Part shown: positions 1 to 12,520 of the stretch, piece by piece
Position numbering within the stretch: the stretch's first letter is position 1
How the letters are laid out: each line of letters starts with the position of its first letter
From: Saccostrea echinata
Lineage: Eukaryota
Reading direction: 5' to 3'
NCBI RefSeq assembly: GCF_033153115.1
Contig: NW_026889761.1
Location: forward strand, 13,392,001 to 13,456,000
Length of the DNA: 64,000 nt
Translations under genes and position numbers: made by a program
Notes under the pieces: model-generated
Databases searched by the model: none
Seen by the model: the letters and a program-made list of their open reading frames with translations, nothing else
Told to the model about the DNA's origin: nothing

Positions 1-433
1 AAGTTATTATTTGAATAAGGGAATTGAAACTTCATTGTCTTCATACGTATCATATTCCATCACTCGATATATGCTAGGGTGGACTATTTCACAAAACACT
101 CCCAACAGTAATTAGGAGGGACTCTAAATTAATTCGAAATTCGATAATGTATATAAGTTAGCGTTATAGGGATTCCTGTTTCAGATATGATTACAGAAGC
201 TGTTGTTAAGTATCATATTTAATGTCAGCGCGCAATTAGTGACATCCAATCATTCAACTTTTCCAAAAGATACCCAACAGACCTTATATCGGAAACCATC
301 TGTTTTTACCCTTGTTGTGCAAACATTTGTTTTTTATGATTATTGGTATGGTATATGAATTTAGAGTTTTCAATAATACAAATAAAAAAATTAAAAATAG
401 CTGTATCGCAGCCTTAATGATCCCTCAGATTAA

Positions 434-749
434 GGTCAGTCGATACGTTCCTCAAATATCTGTTTTGTATATCTTGATATTGTGTGGAAAATATTCAAAA
501 TTTTAATTACCTTCTGATTTCTAAACTGGTTTCGAATTGTCTTTAAAAAATTGAAACACTAAAAAATGTGTTATTGGCTAATCAAGTTTTTTCCAAAAGG
601 ATTTTATAGGAAAAACACCCTCTTGTATCTTGCACAAATGCCTGGTAAGGCACCTCAACTTTTTGCGAGTAAACTTGTTGAAGTAGCAATACTTCAATGA
701 CAAAATCTTAGAAAATATTATATACTATTGAGGAACGTATCGTCTGTCC
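434..749. mobile_element. Non-autonomous TIR element (MITE) with TTAA target duplication, Kolobok-like
   Basis: Left TTAA-GGTCAGTCGATACGTTCCTCAA and right TTGAGGAACGTATCGTCTGTCC-TTAA are inverted repeats with 2 mismatches. GG...CC termini plus TTAA flanks fit Kolobok better than piggyBac. Confidence 0.75.
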
Positions 750-1889
750 TTAAGTGAACACTTCAAAAGTAATCTGACATGTGATTAAACGTAAGTAAAA
801 GTTTAATATTGGTGTTTAACGTTCATTCGTACCATGTTTGACCTGTCTCTTTGCTCGCACTCTAAGAGGCATTCAAGATATAATTCGTGACAAAAAGGCA
901 ACATTTTTGTCGCTTGTTTCTAACAAGTGTTTATTAGTCTAACATTTGTGACAGATTCGCACATGCTTAGAACGTATCGCAGCAATATTAGCTTGAAATC
1001 GATTTACAACATGTACATAAAACCCACTAGAACCTACACCGCCACTATCAGGACTGACGGTCCTCCAGTGATCTGGGGATAGAACAATTGTGATGTTTTT
1101 AGTTGGAATGTTTTAAAGAATTAAAGTAAGTACGCAAAGAAATATTAAGCTAATACAGTAATAATTCATTATTAAGCTTAATTTTGAAATTATTTGCATG
1201 TGAACTTCAAAGAATATTGCTTTGAAATTCGTTTTGCTTCATTTCTATTTTTTTCATGTAATTTTATTCCCACTTGGGCATGAAGTTTACCGTAAAAAAA
1301 AATTTGAAATTATGAAAATGCTACATTGAAATTAATTTTGGTTACATTCTGCCTTCGAATTGAACTTGTTCAATGCAATCTGGAATATACCCTGATTGCT
1401 TAGGTAAAGTAATGTGAAAATAAAACTTCACTTTACTCTCTTTTTTATTAAATACTTTTATGATATCTCCTTAATATTAAATTTCAGGAATGTTTAACTA
1501 ATTACCTTTGTTCATGGATAGTACTATACGTTCAATTCAGAGCGGAATTTTTATATTCCTGACTGTCAAAACTTAAAAAGATATATGCTTTGGACTAAAG
1601 GAAAAAATTCTGTGATACACATACATATGGCTAAATTGTCTTCGAAAATATCAGCTTTTTTTGTTGCTTCCCGTCGCATAATATTGGTCTTTTGAAAAGA
1701 ACGTTTCAAATTCGGCTCGCAATAAACAGATTTTTCATTAAATTCGATTGAAGTGTCACTTCAAAGCAATATAAGAATCCATATATAAATACTTAAAGAA
1801 AAATAAAAATCAGATCAATATTTTAAATTTTGAGATATTTAAAAGCTCTTTATAAAAGAATGTAATTTTTTAAACCTCTACGTGACACA

Positions 1890-2044
1890 ATCAGTTAGCT
1901 GTATATCCGTTAATTTATTATATCAGAGTTCATTTATATCGTGAAATTTTGTAAAGAATTATTTCAACTTTTGCTAGGGATCCCAAAAATCTTTATCCGT
2001 GAATTCGCTATATTCGAGTTCGTACCTCACCGAGTTTTACTGTA
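1890..2044. mobile_element. Pogo/Tigger-like MITE remnant (one end)
   Basis: Ends in CGAGTTTTACTG-TA, the typical terminus of this class, preceded by TATATCCG/TATTCG subterminal motifs. No partner end was found. Confidence 0.45.
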
Positions 2045-4558
2045 TGAGCAATAAAATTCTGAATTTTTTTAATTACTTGTAGCATTTTTACATATGTCTC
2101 TTTAAATGGAAAAACACCCTCAAAGTTGATATACTAGTAATGCTTTCCCAAGTAACCAAAAAACAATGGTAACTTTTTTCACCAACTTGAATATATTTTT
2201 ACAACAACATTTACCAGCGAAATTATTGGTGTCACGTACTCAGTTAAAGGATAGAAATGCTTCATTTGTTGTTGCCAGGGCTTTTAGTTTAATGGATCTC
2301 TTAAAAGATGGCATATTCTGCCTCAATTAAGAAAGAAAGATATGCTGTCTGGGGACAGAGACTGTAAAAAAGACCCTATGTCAATCAGCTGTTCAAGGGA
2401 ACATTTTATATTCTCCATAAAACTTCAACTTAAATCTTAAATTGTTTTATTTAACCATATTCATGTCATATACATTTCACATTGTTGTCCTCTTTAGTGA
2501 CCGATTCCTTAGTTGTTTAGGTAAATGTCCCTGATTTGATGATAAGATCTGGGCTTCCCGTCTGGCTTAACGAAAATGACGACTGCTTGCAAAGTCAGAA
2601 TCATTCATCCATTTAGAATAATCTCCAGAGATTAGTGTTCGGAGACCGATATGGACCAAGCCAGAAATATTATATCGCCCTCAAAATTAGTAATCTTACA
2701 GAATACAGTAATTGCTCCCCTTTTCACTTGCTTCATTTCTACAATGAATAAATTACGTGTGTGATCGTAGGATAAATCATTACGAATTTTCTATTCCTAC
2801 TCTTTTGATTTGAAACTTCAACAAATAATAAAACCACATATTTTTTGAATGGCATTGATTCTTGATTCAAAAACGTTTGAACCTGTCGAGAGTGTATTTT
2901 TGCAATAAATGTAGTCGATAAATTGATATTTAAAACTCAATATTACAAAATACTAGACATCTTAGAATTAAATGATCTATAAAACACAATTGAATATTCC
3001 CTAGAAGATGGTGGAATAGGGACTAACATATTCCGAAGAATATAATGGGAAAAGAATTAATATATTCCTTAAAAAACATAGTGTGATAAGGAACATGTTC
3101 CCCCTTTTTGGACATCAGAACAATACGTTACGTCATAATCAAACACCTGAAACTACATTGTATGCTTGCTTCAAACGAAGAATGTATGTTATAAGATGGC
3201 ATAAAATTGGTCACAGGAAGACCATAAACTTATTAAATATGCATATTTCCTAATTTTTATTGAATTTACATCATTTTTGGCATATGTTCTGAAGAGAAAT
3301 CAGAGCACAACAAAGACTATCTGTTGAACTTTAATTATCATCCATTACTGACTATCCTCAACTTGTTTATAAACTCGACAAAGTTTTCAAAAACAATTTG
3401 ACAAAATTCATTAAAGGTGAGGATATTCGTGAAATTGTTAAAATTGTTCTCTTCTTATGGCTTACGTTTATTTGGTTGATAATCTGCAATAATGCCATCA
3501 TTTTAGGTTCTTTTTTATTATCTTAAATAATTTTTAATTAAATTAATTTAATTTATGTGCCTTGGTTTTCTAAGGATTCGAGCTTAATCCTATCCGTTCC
3601 TGGTGCTTCCGGTCTAAATGTTTAGAAATTTGGTAGCAAGTATTTTATACTTTTTTATATTTGCATATTATCGTCATTTTACTATAAGAAAATTGTAATT
3701 AATTACACAAAGCTGCAATTCTAAAATGTTTTATATACAGAGATTATTCAAATTAAAGTGCTTGTGTTTTATAGGTGTTAATAACACTCAGATACGACCC
3801 ATTCATAGAAACAGTTTATTCAAGGTTGTATGTATTTCCTGTGCAATTTTATGAACAACAAAATGCCACCGTTCTGAATAATTTTGTTCTGATTCATTTT
3901 AATGGACGTATAAAGCACAGAAATAGAAAATTGGAATTACCACATCTCTGAAATACTCAGAGATTAAATGCCCTTAATCAATAGCTGAAAGCAATGTTAA
4001 GAAAATGCTGTCTTTAAGAAACCAAGAATAGATTTCTGATTAATGATTTTAGAATTGAAAGTCAGAGCATAAACACCCTGCATTTTAAACAGAAACATGT
4101 TTTCGTAAGAGTTTCCATTTGTTATTCGTTTAAATGTTGGTTGTCAGATAAAAGGATTTATTTTATACACATTGTGTGCCCTTTATATTTCATGGAGAGT
4201 TAACATAACAAAAGAAAATCCATTTGCATATTGTCCATTTAAAAAAAAATATTATAATATGCTGAATTATGCTTTACAAACAAACATATTTTTCCCAATT
4301 AGTTTCTTTTTTCTCTAAATTCTTTCCTTTTTTGTACAAATTTTTCAGCTTTATCTAAATATATTAACCAATGCCGAATTGAACAGCAAATTGAAGACGT
4401 TCAGAAGTGAGTAGTATGCATTTATCATATTTATGTTATATGCAATATAAAACTCTAAAACGTTTCAATATTTTGAGTGTTGGCTTTGGATATCTATACT
4501 AGTAAAAAGAATTGTTATGTTTAGGATATTAAGGATATTTGTAGCAATCAGTAATAAA

Positions 4559-4642
<84 letters not shown>
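4559..4642. repeat. (AAT)n-(ATT)n inverted microsatellite
   Basis: A run of AAT triplets switches directly into a longer run of ATT triplets at about 4588. Confidence 0.95.
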
Positions 4643-5783
4643 TAACAAATTTAGAAATCCTTATATCAAGAAGCAAAAAGGCAGATTCTAAATTGAATGG
4701 AATTTTTTATTTTAATTTTTTTTTTTTTTGGTTAAATTTTCTTTAAGTGTTTTAATACATGTAGTTTCCATTTCATATTTCATGTTTATATGCATAAGTG
4801 AGATAAATTTTGAATGTCTGATAAAACTTATAATACTTGGATACTCCTATTTTAACAACTTCCCAAAAAGATTCCTGGTACTTTAGAATTTCAAACAAAT
4901 CAATTAATTTCAGTAAAGAAAGCGGGTTATTTTTATTTATTTTCATGAAAAAAAAAGATGTTCGAGCTCGTAAGAATAGACGTGTCATTCTTTATATTGA
5001 ATCCTGTATTACCAATCAAAAATATACGTTGGCTGTACAATATGATTGCAATTGGGGTAAGAAGTATGGATTTTTTTTAAAGTTCATAACTCCTAAAATA
5101 ATTGCTCAACGAAATTTAACAAACCCTGTTCAGAGGTGGAACAGAATCCAATTAAATTAACAATGGGTGAAAATGGGCAGTTTTAGTTATCATGAAAACC
5201 AATTATATTCTCATCTATAACTTTTTCATGATGTTCGTCTCTGTGTATACAAAAGGGGGTTATTCTGTTGCAGACTTTATTAGAAAATATTGATTTTATC
5301 TAATATAGTTACATGTAATGTAACGTCATGAGATAACACTATTGCTTATACAGGGGGGGCACAAAAGGAACGTTCTATCTGGTTAATAAGAGAGACTTTG
5401 TCATTATTTAGCTGTGTAATTAAGCGACTGAGTAGCTCCCCTTTATATATAATTATATTTATACCATCCATTTATCCTTTGCCTAGCCCATAATGCATGT
5501 ACAATAAAATACAAGTTATTTCCAGTTTGATCTTTGATCTGCGACTTTGTTAATTTTTACTTCCTCAAAAACAACTACATCAGCTGTGATAAATATTGTC
5601 GTTTATTACTGATGCAAATAAGATATAGTACAAAGAAAAAGTGAAGATAACGAGGAAATATAAATTATACATTATAAAAAGGAGATCCCAAACAAACAAA
5701 ATAAGACTTATTGTGCAAGAAATAAGACAGACATAGAGATGTTTCTTAAATTTAAGAGAGACAAGATTACATGAGAACATATA

Positions 5784-6022
5784 CAAGGGGTGATCAGAAA
5801 GTTTGCGAACTAATTGAATAATCTCCATAAAAGATATCAAATTGGGATTTAGGGTTTATTTTTTTCTCCTGTTTTAAGACTCATATGCCATCATTCTGCC
5901 CGCCCACGAAACACGTGGTCTAGGCGATCACGTGACATGCTCCGTAGCATACTGTTAACAGTAGCCCAAAGATTTTCCCGGGTGTTACATTTCTTACCAC
6001 ACAGTTTATTTTTTATAACAAG
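5784..6022 (-). mobile_element. Mariner transposon 3' remnant
   Basis: TA-CAAGGGGTGATCAGAAAGTTTGCG is a mariner-style TIR. The minus strand reads IKNKLCGKKCNTRENLWATVNSMLRSMSRDRLDHVFRGRAE*WH, resembling a mariner transposase C-terminus. Confidence 0.6.
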
Positions 6023-6352
6023 GATATTCAATTCGTCACAAAATGCCCCAACTCGTCAATAGATTGAGTGGATTACTGTTCTCAGGATTCCTGTATTTAA
6101 TCATGTTGATGAACAACTGAAAATATGGAGATCACAAGGTGACATTTACAAAATAGTCAACAACAATAGCAGAGTAAGATAAGTTCAATAGGGATGGTGG
6201 GGGGGGGGGTCAAATTTCAAATAAAGAACTCATCAATCTCTGTGTTTACATATAAAATGTCCTTCTCCCTAAGATGAAAACAAAAGTTACCTCAAAGTGA
6301 TCGAGATACTGCCATTTCATTGGTAAATAACGAGGTACTTGAACTAATCTCA

Positions 6353-6901
6353 ATGAAATATGAAGATAACGAACAGTATTCAATCTCGAAAGTCCAATGA
6401 AACTATACAAATTTGGAGCAGAGCAAAGACGAACCTCAAAATTTAGAGGTGGGATCAGGTGCCATGGAGGAGTGAGCATGTCTCTCAGTTGATTCGATAC
6501 GCAAGAGCATGCTCTATGTATGAACGATTTCTAAAACAAGGCAAACTATTGACAAACAAGTTGATGAAACAAGGATATCAACAGAATCGTTTGAAGTCTT
6601 CATTTCGGAGGTTTTAGGGTCGATACAATAACTTTGTCAGCACACACAACCTATCATTGAGTCAAATGCTGACTGACGTTTTTCATACTTATTGTTAGGC
6701 AATTATTTATACACTAAACTGTCGACGGATTTTTCCGTTGACAAGGAGCACACGGCGGGTGTGACCGGTCGGCAGAGGATACTCACCCCTCCATGGCACC
6801 TGATACCACCTCTAAATTTTGAGGTCCGTGTTTGCTCTGCTCCAAATTTGTATCGTTTCATTGGACTTTCGAGATTGAATATTGTTCGTTATCTTCATAT
6901 T
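6353..6901. mobile_element. Penelope-like (Naiad-type) retroelement fragment with inverted 3' end at its 5' side
   Basis: 6480-6901 (+) encodes decayed SQLIRYARACS...LLTNKLMKQGYQ followed by the family 3' UTR. 6353-6479 is the same 3' UTR in reverse orientation, fused directly to it. Confidence 0.85.
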
Positions 6902-6907
6902 CCTCTG

Positions 6908-7223
6908 TAATGCGACGTCTTATCATGGTTGGATACAATGGTATTCTATGATGCCCTAAAATGTCTCGACGTCGAATCAGCGGTTGGGATTTGTCACGTT
7001 AATGATGTTGACTGATAAACGTATGCTGATGTCTCGTCGTTACGCGTTTATCAATGCGAGGGCGGTCCTTAACACTGCCTAGGCCTGTTACAATGAACTT
7101 TTGTACCTATCTTGTAATTGTAGACAAGTTGACGTGGAAGAGATGCGCAAAGGCTTCCTGTCTAAAGCCTTCTTCAATGAGACCAAGAGTGATATTCCTC
7201 TGATGTTCCAACAGCCGCAGCAT
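6908..7223 (-). mobile_element. Tc1-like transposase N-terminal relic
   Basis: The minus strand from the ATG at 7223 reads MLRLLEHQRNITLGLIEEGFRQEAFAHLFHVNLSTITR*VQKFIVTGLGSVKDRPRIDKRVTTRHQH...TMIRRRI. This is a Tc1 paired-like HTH region (TGSVKDRPR..R.TT motif) with stops. Confidence 0.75.
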
Positions 7224-9240
7224 GACAAAAACACCCTCAATCTGATTTCATTTGCAAAACAGTTTTTTTTTACTGGCTACAACTTCAAACTGTTACTTTT
7301 CGGTTTTGAAAGCTAAAAATTCACGAAACACACAAAATGCAAAGTGAGCACGGATCAGCGGTTAGGAGTCATGGCTGAGTAATTTTGTTTATCTAGGTCA
7401 GGAAGGTGTACAGAAATTCTTGGCATCTAAATTTTTTATAGGGATATTCATATAAAAAAACAAATCATATGTGAAACCAAACCTTCTTGTTCAGGTTTTT
7501 AGGTCCTTAAGTATAAATCAAGTCAATATCTAACTAAGAAAAACTCTAATGTTACGGTTTACAGGTAATAAAGCATAATATATTTTAATCTATTTAAAAT
7601 CTTTAAAGGTAGCACATTATGGTAATGTTATTTATTAAACATGGTGAACACTATGATTCCCTTGATTCTTATTCTTATTGAACAAAACATTATGTTAAGC
7701 TGAAAATCATAGCACAATAACATTACCTGATAAAACTTATCTAACTACCTCAGCAAAATCATTGTGATGTACCGAAGATATGCTTTTAAAAGTCGAATGT
7801 CGAATCAATATAAATGGAGGTATTACTTAAGGAGATCAAGGAAAACTTAAAACAAAGTTCTGCATTTATGAATAATGCATGTCTGACAGAACTCATGATA
7901 GTAATTTTCTCGGTGTTTCTTATACATTAACAAAACTCATGGTTCATAAAATAGAAGGAAATTGATAAGTGGATTAATTCGCTGTGATTTGGATTGTCAA
8001 AATGTATAAGTCAGACAATATGACTGAGAAAAAAAAATTATATAATGTAAAAATGGGTATGAGAAAACGAATCGAAAAAGATGCATTTGAAGGCGTCCTC
8101 TTTGTCACTTTTTTACTTTGTTGTTTTCTATTTCTAGAAATGAATGCTTGTATATGTATCACACTGTAAACGTTACAGTAACAAAGCTGATTGGTTTTAC
8201 GTCATTTTTTCTTTCTTTTTTTTCTTCTTTTTTCAAATTTATTTTCCTTTTTTGCTAGAACTTTTGGAAAAACTTATGAAATAACCTACAAAATACTGTC
8301 TATGTAATAACGCCCTTTCCAATATTTCTGAAAAAAGTCTTGGATAACAAACATAGGGTATTAAAATAAAGAGCTTTGATCCCGTGGTACAAACAGCAGA
8401 AACCATGGAGATACCGACCCAGACTGGCTGCATATTTGAGATTCTTTAAAAGCCAGATTTGTGTTTAAAACACGTGGAAATTGAAATTTGTCCACAATTA
8501 TTTTTACATGTTTGCCAAGAATTTACGTAAATAGATCTAAGCAACTGCCATCCTAGATTTAAAAAAAACGCCATTATGATCATAATAAAAATCGCCGTTT
8601 CTAAAACAAAATCAAGGTGTGTTATGACGTTAATATTATTATATCAATACAAGCACATTTTGTTTACTCACTAAATTGCAAGTTGTTAGACAACACAATT
8701 GTGTGCATCTCTACACAGACACATATCTTTAAAACTGTAAATTATAAAATGAGACTACATTCTTTGGGGTATTAAAATTCTAGAGATTTTAAATTTCTTC
8801 AAGGTAGTTACCACATGTACAAGATTACTTCTATTTAGCAAATATTCTCAAAGTAATGCATGTTTTGTTCATAAGTGACCTTTAAGTGATAACGAGTTTA
8901 TTGCCAATTGTGCTAACAATATAATAGAACTGCGTCAAATTCGTCTTTAAATCATAAATTAACTAGAAGCCAGTGTGGGCTTTAACCAAATTTAGAGAAA
9001 AAGATACATACGTATACATGTAATATTTTAAGATAACAAAATGAATTACATTTCAACTGTATACCAGAAACGTCATACGCACTGTGCTACAGCATATTAA
9101 AAAAGTGTTAATCTATGTTGATTCTCAAAAACTCCAAAGAACTTTTAAAAAATTTCAAATCAACAAACTTTTCAAAAGTTGGTAACATCAAAACTTATGA
9201 CTTTTCTACACTTTATACAGCCACTCACTACGAAAATTAA

Positions 9241-10979
9241 GAGCCATTCTCTGTAATGACTTGAACTTTTATATAGGAGCTGTGGCACGCATAGTCTCAG
9301 AATTTCTCCAAACTCTCTATGATAAAAGTCTTTGATACCGTTAACTCAAATGAGGCAAAAATTGGTTGCTACGTGTCATGGTTACCATAGCAACATGTCC
9401 TAAAGTTTGAAAAATGGCATTTTTCAACATCTTCAGAGTCCCACAGTTAACGTATGCAGCAAAGCAAACAAGTTGCAATGACTGTTTCTGAAAGTTGAAG
9501 GCCTGGTGTCTTAAATGCATGATAAACATGTTTGGTAAATCATCTATAACTTACGTTATTATGGAAACAAAGTATTCAAAAGTAATAATTTTGTTCATTT
9601 AATTTTATAAAGTCATACACTTAAGAATAAAAACAATTATAGGTTGAAATGCAAGCAAATAATAGAGAAGAGATCCTTGTAACATATACCAAGGACAAAA
9701 TATGATATTTCTTATAGGTTGGCAATGGTTGCCATGGTTTTAATACCACGAAAGGATTTTAAATTTACTCTCTTAGTATTTTAATCTTATCCTATCTTTT
9801 TAAAAAGCATATTTCTATATAACTGATGATCAATTTTTAAAGGCGTTGGTGTGACCCTAATTTTCACATTTCAAAAAATTCAATTTCAATTCTTTAAATA
9901 GTGCGTTGCTATGGAAATAAGGCGAAAAAACATGCATAAAAATCTGCAAAATACTCTGTTTCCTTGGATACGTACCGTTGTATGTAGATTCCCAAAACTT
10001 TAATGATTGATATATGTGAACAACTAACCTGACATTCAATTTTGACTATCACCCAATCTCTAACTGGATGCAAAAAGCTGGCACATAGGGTCTAATATTG
10101 ACAAAAAATTAACAAAATCGAACATTTTCTCTTCTTGGTTACCATAGCAACAGTGTTGTATTTTTCAACAACCTTTATCAATATATGATATTCAACTTTA
10201 GTTCTACGAGATAAGTACTATTCAAGGTGATTCAAATGATATTTTTCTTGATTAAAAGGTTGGTAAATTCCTAAAGCAGCAAAAAAATATCACTTTAAAC
10301 AACTAGTACGTTGTTTCCATGGTTACACAGCAAAGTAACAATTAATCTCAATTTTTCTTATGTTGTCAGTGTTGCAAGGCTCTAAGGATGCATATGTGCC
10401 AGTCATGAATTTTATTGTTTTCCCTCACGATAGAAGCATTAACCCAATCATAGCAACAGATTTTGCATGGTGACTCTGTGTTACCATAGCAACCATGAAA
10501 GTTATTTTTAGAATAATATTGCCAATACCTAATTACAGGAGGTCAAATATTTTTCATTGTTTTTCTTACGTTGTTGATTGAGTTTGATCATGTAACATCT
10601 ATCATTTGTGGCTATAGAGCGTTTTTCAGCATTTTTCAGCATCTAAAATGTATTCCAATTGTACCCATGGTTACCACTTACTTAGAGATAAATTCTAAAT
10701 AGTTTCTTTATAGCATAAGTGGCAACAAGGTGTCATGTTTTTGGGAGAATGGTTTGTTTGTTTTTTTTAGTCTTTATTAAGGCTTAATAAAGATTTAAAG
10801 TGGCTGAAAATCTCAATTTTTTCAACTTTTCTGGCTGTTACCATGGCAACCAAGACACATAGCAACGAAATTTTATTTGATATATGTTTCTGGTGTCAAG
10901 TTGTAATAATGGGCAAAGTTTCATCAAAATCGGTGACCATGCGTGGCAAAGAAGTTTAAGTGGTTACAGAGAATTGCTA
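9241..10979. mobile_element. 1.74 kb non-autonomous DNA element flanked by TTAA, rich in GTTRCCATRGCAAC motifs (copy 1)
   Basis: Imperfect TIRs (GAGCCATTCTCTGTAA / TTACAGAGAATTGCTA) with TTAA on both sides. It interrupts the RT coding sequence, and an inverted second copy lies at 22589-23892. Confidence 0.85.
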
Positions 10980-11426
10980 TTAAAAACAAGGCTTTTGATA
11001 TCATAGACGACTGCTTCAATAGAAATGGACCTCGGAAATTTTCATATCTTGTGATTGATCATCAACAAAATCACTTTGTTAAAATCACTCTGATTCTACA
11101 CACAAGTACTCCACAGTCCATATTAAAAGGAAGCTGGGGTACTTCGTTGACAACATCTATGAAGTCTTTGAAGACCAGGTCTATCAAGAAATGAATTTCA
11201 ATGGGCTTTAATTGTGCCCCTTTATTAGCCGACCCGTTTTTTGTATTCCTATGAAATAGAATTCAAAACCCTCTACATGAGAAGACAAAATACTTGCTGT
11301 ATGTTTCATATTTGGATGTTTTACTGACTATAGTGAAGTAGGGCCTACTAATAAAATTGTATGACAATCAAGATGACCTCGGCTTTTCCAACGTCGACTT
11401 CCCATATTTATGTAGTAATATTCCCT

Positions 11427-12520
11427 TGTGACACGATTGCGGTGTTTTTCTTTGAAGTTTGCTGTTCTGTATTAGCAATACAGAACGAGACTACAATGGG
11501 CGGAGCTACTTTCCGTTCTGTATTAGCCCTGTATACTGTGTTGTATTAGCCAACTGTTCTGTATCTAAAATACAGCACGGTCTAAAAATAAATCTGATTC
11601 AATTTATCAAAAGAACGTACAAATAGTAAATGCTGATTTTTTTCCTATTATAAATTTTGAAGAAATATTTCCTTAGGAATGAAAAATGTCAAAATTTCTC
11701 AATCACTTTAAAAAAACTTTCCACACAGAATCTACACGTTATTTCGATCAAAACGAAAAGGAAAATTCGCAATTATGGAAAACATCCTATGTTGGATATA
11801 TTCCTGAAAACCTGTTTGCTTTCCCTGCTTTTTGTGCCCCCTTCAAAATAGTAGAGCCAATGGGTTCGCGGATGCAGCATACATTAGGTGGAATTTACAC
11901 TCCCCCTCCCCCAATTTTCCACTCTTCTCGTGCAAACTCAATCAAGTCCATTTTTCAGGGGTTTTTTTTCCCCCCAAATTTCATCTTTAATCCTTATCGC
12001 TGACGACTGCCGCACATCTCTTTCACTTCGTTTTTTATGTTGCATTTCAATAAGAAAATAAAAATCCGTAACATCAAAGTCCATCGAAAAACTGTCGGTA
12101 TCGCCTGTATGTGTATCTACTTTAACAGAGATTTTAAGACCCCTGAAATAAATTAGGATCAGTCTCCATCTACAAAAAGGTTAAATCGTCCACCTTATCA
12201 ATTAAGACTGTTTTCAAGTCTGTTACGTCTACCCCGTTGTCAAAACTAATCTGACTAAATTTTACGTTGTCCGTGGAAATATACATACTGCGGATGTATA
12301 CTCCCCGTCGAGGCCTCATCTCTGGCGGAAGTTTGGATGCTGCACAGCTATGAAGTGGGCAGTGCTTTTTTTCTGATTGATCGTGTCACAAATCATTTAG
12401 AGAACTCGACAGGTTCTGTATCGTAGATACAAATTTGGGGGTGGAGACTCGTGCTACGCATTCGTCCACCCCCAAACTTGTATCTACGATACAATACCCG
12501 TCTCGTTCTCTAAATAATAC
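11427..12520. mobile_element. Non-autonomous element with terminal long hairpin, inserted in the RT copy
   Basis: Lies between the NIPL and SPAYG codons of the host RT. TGTGACACGAT (11427) and ATCGTGTCACA (12381) are inverted repeats, followed by a roughly 120 bp foldback at 12396-12515. Confidence 0.65.

Noticed and set aside
7101-7316. Plus-strand 71 aa ORF that looks coding
   Set aside because: It is the antisense shadow of the Tc1 transposase relic on the minus strand.
9341-9529. Duplicated small protein (also 23591-23815)
   Set aside because: Both lie within copies of the same non-coding element. The similarity reflects DNA repeat identity, and there is no domain signature.
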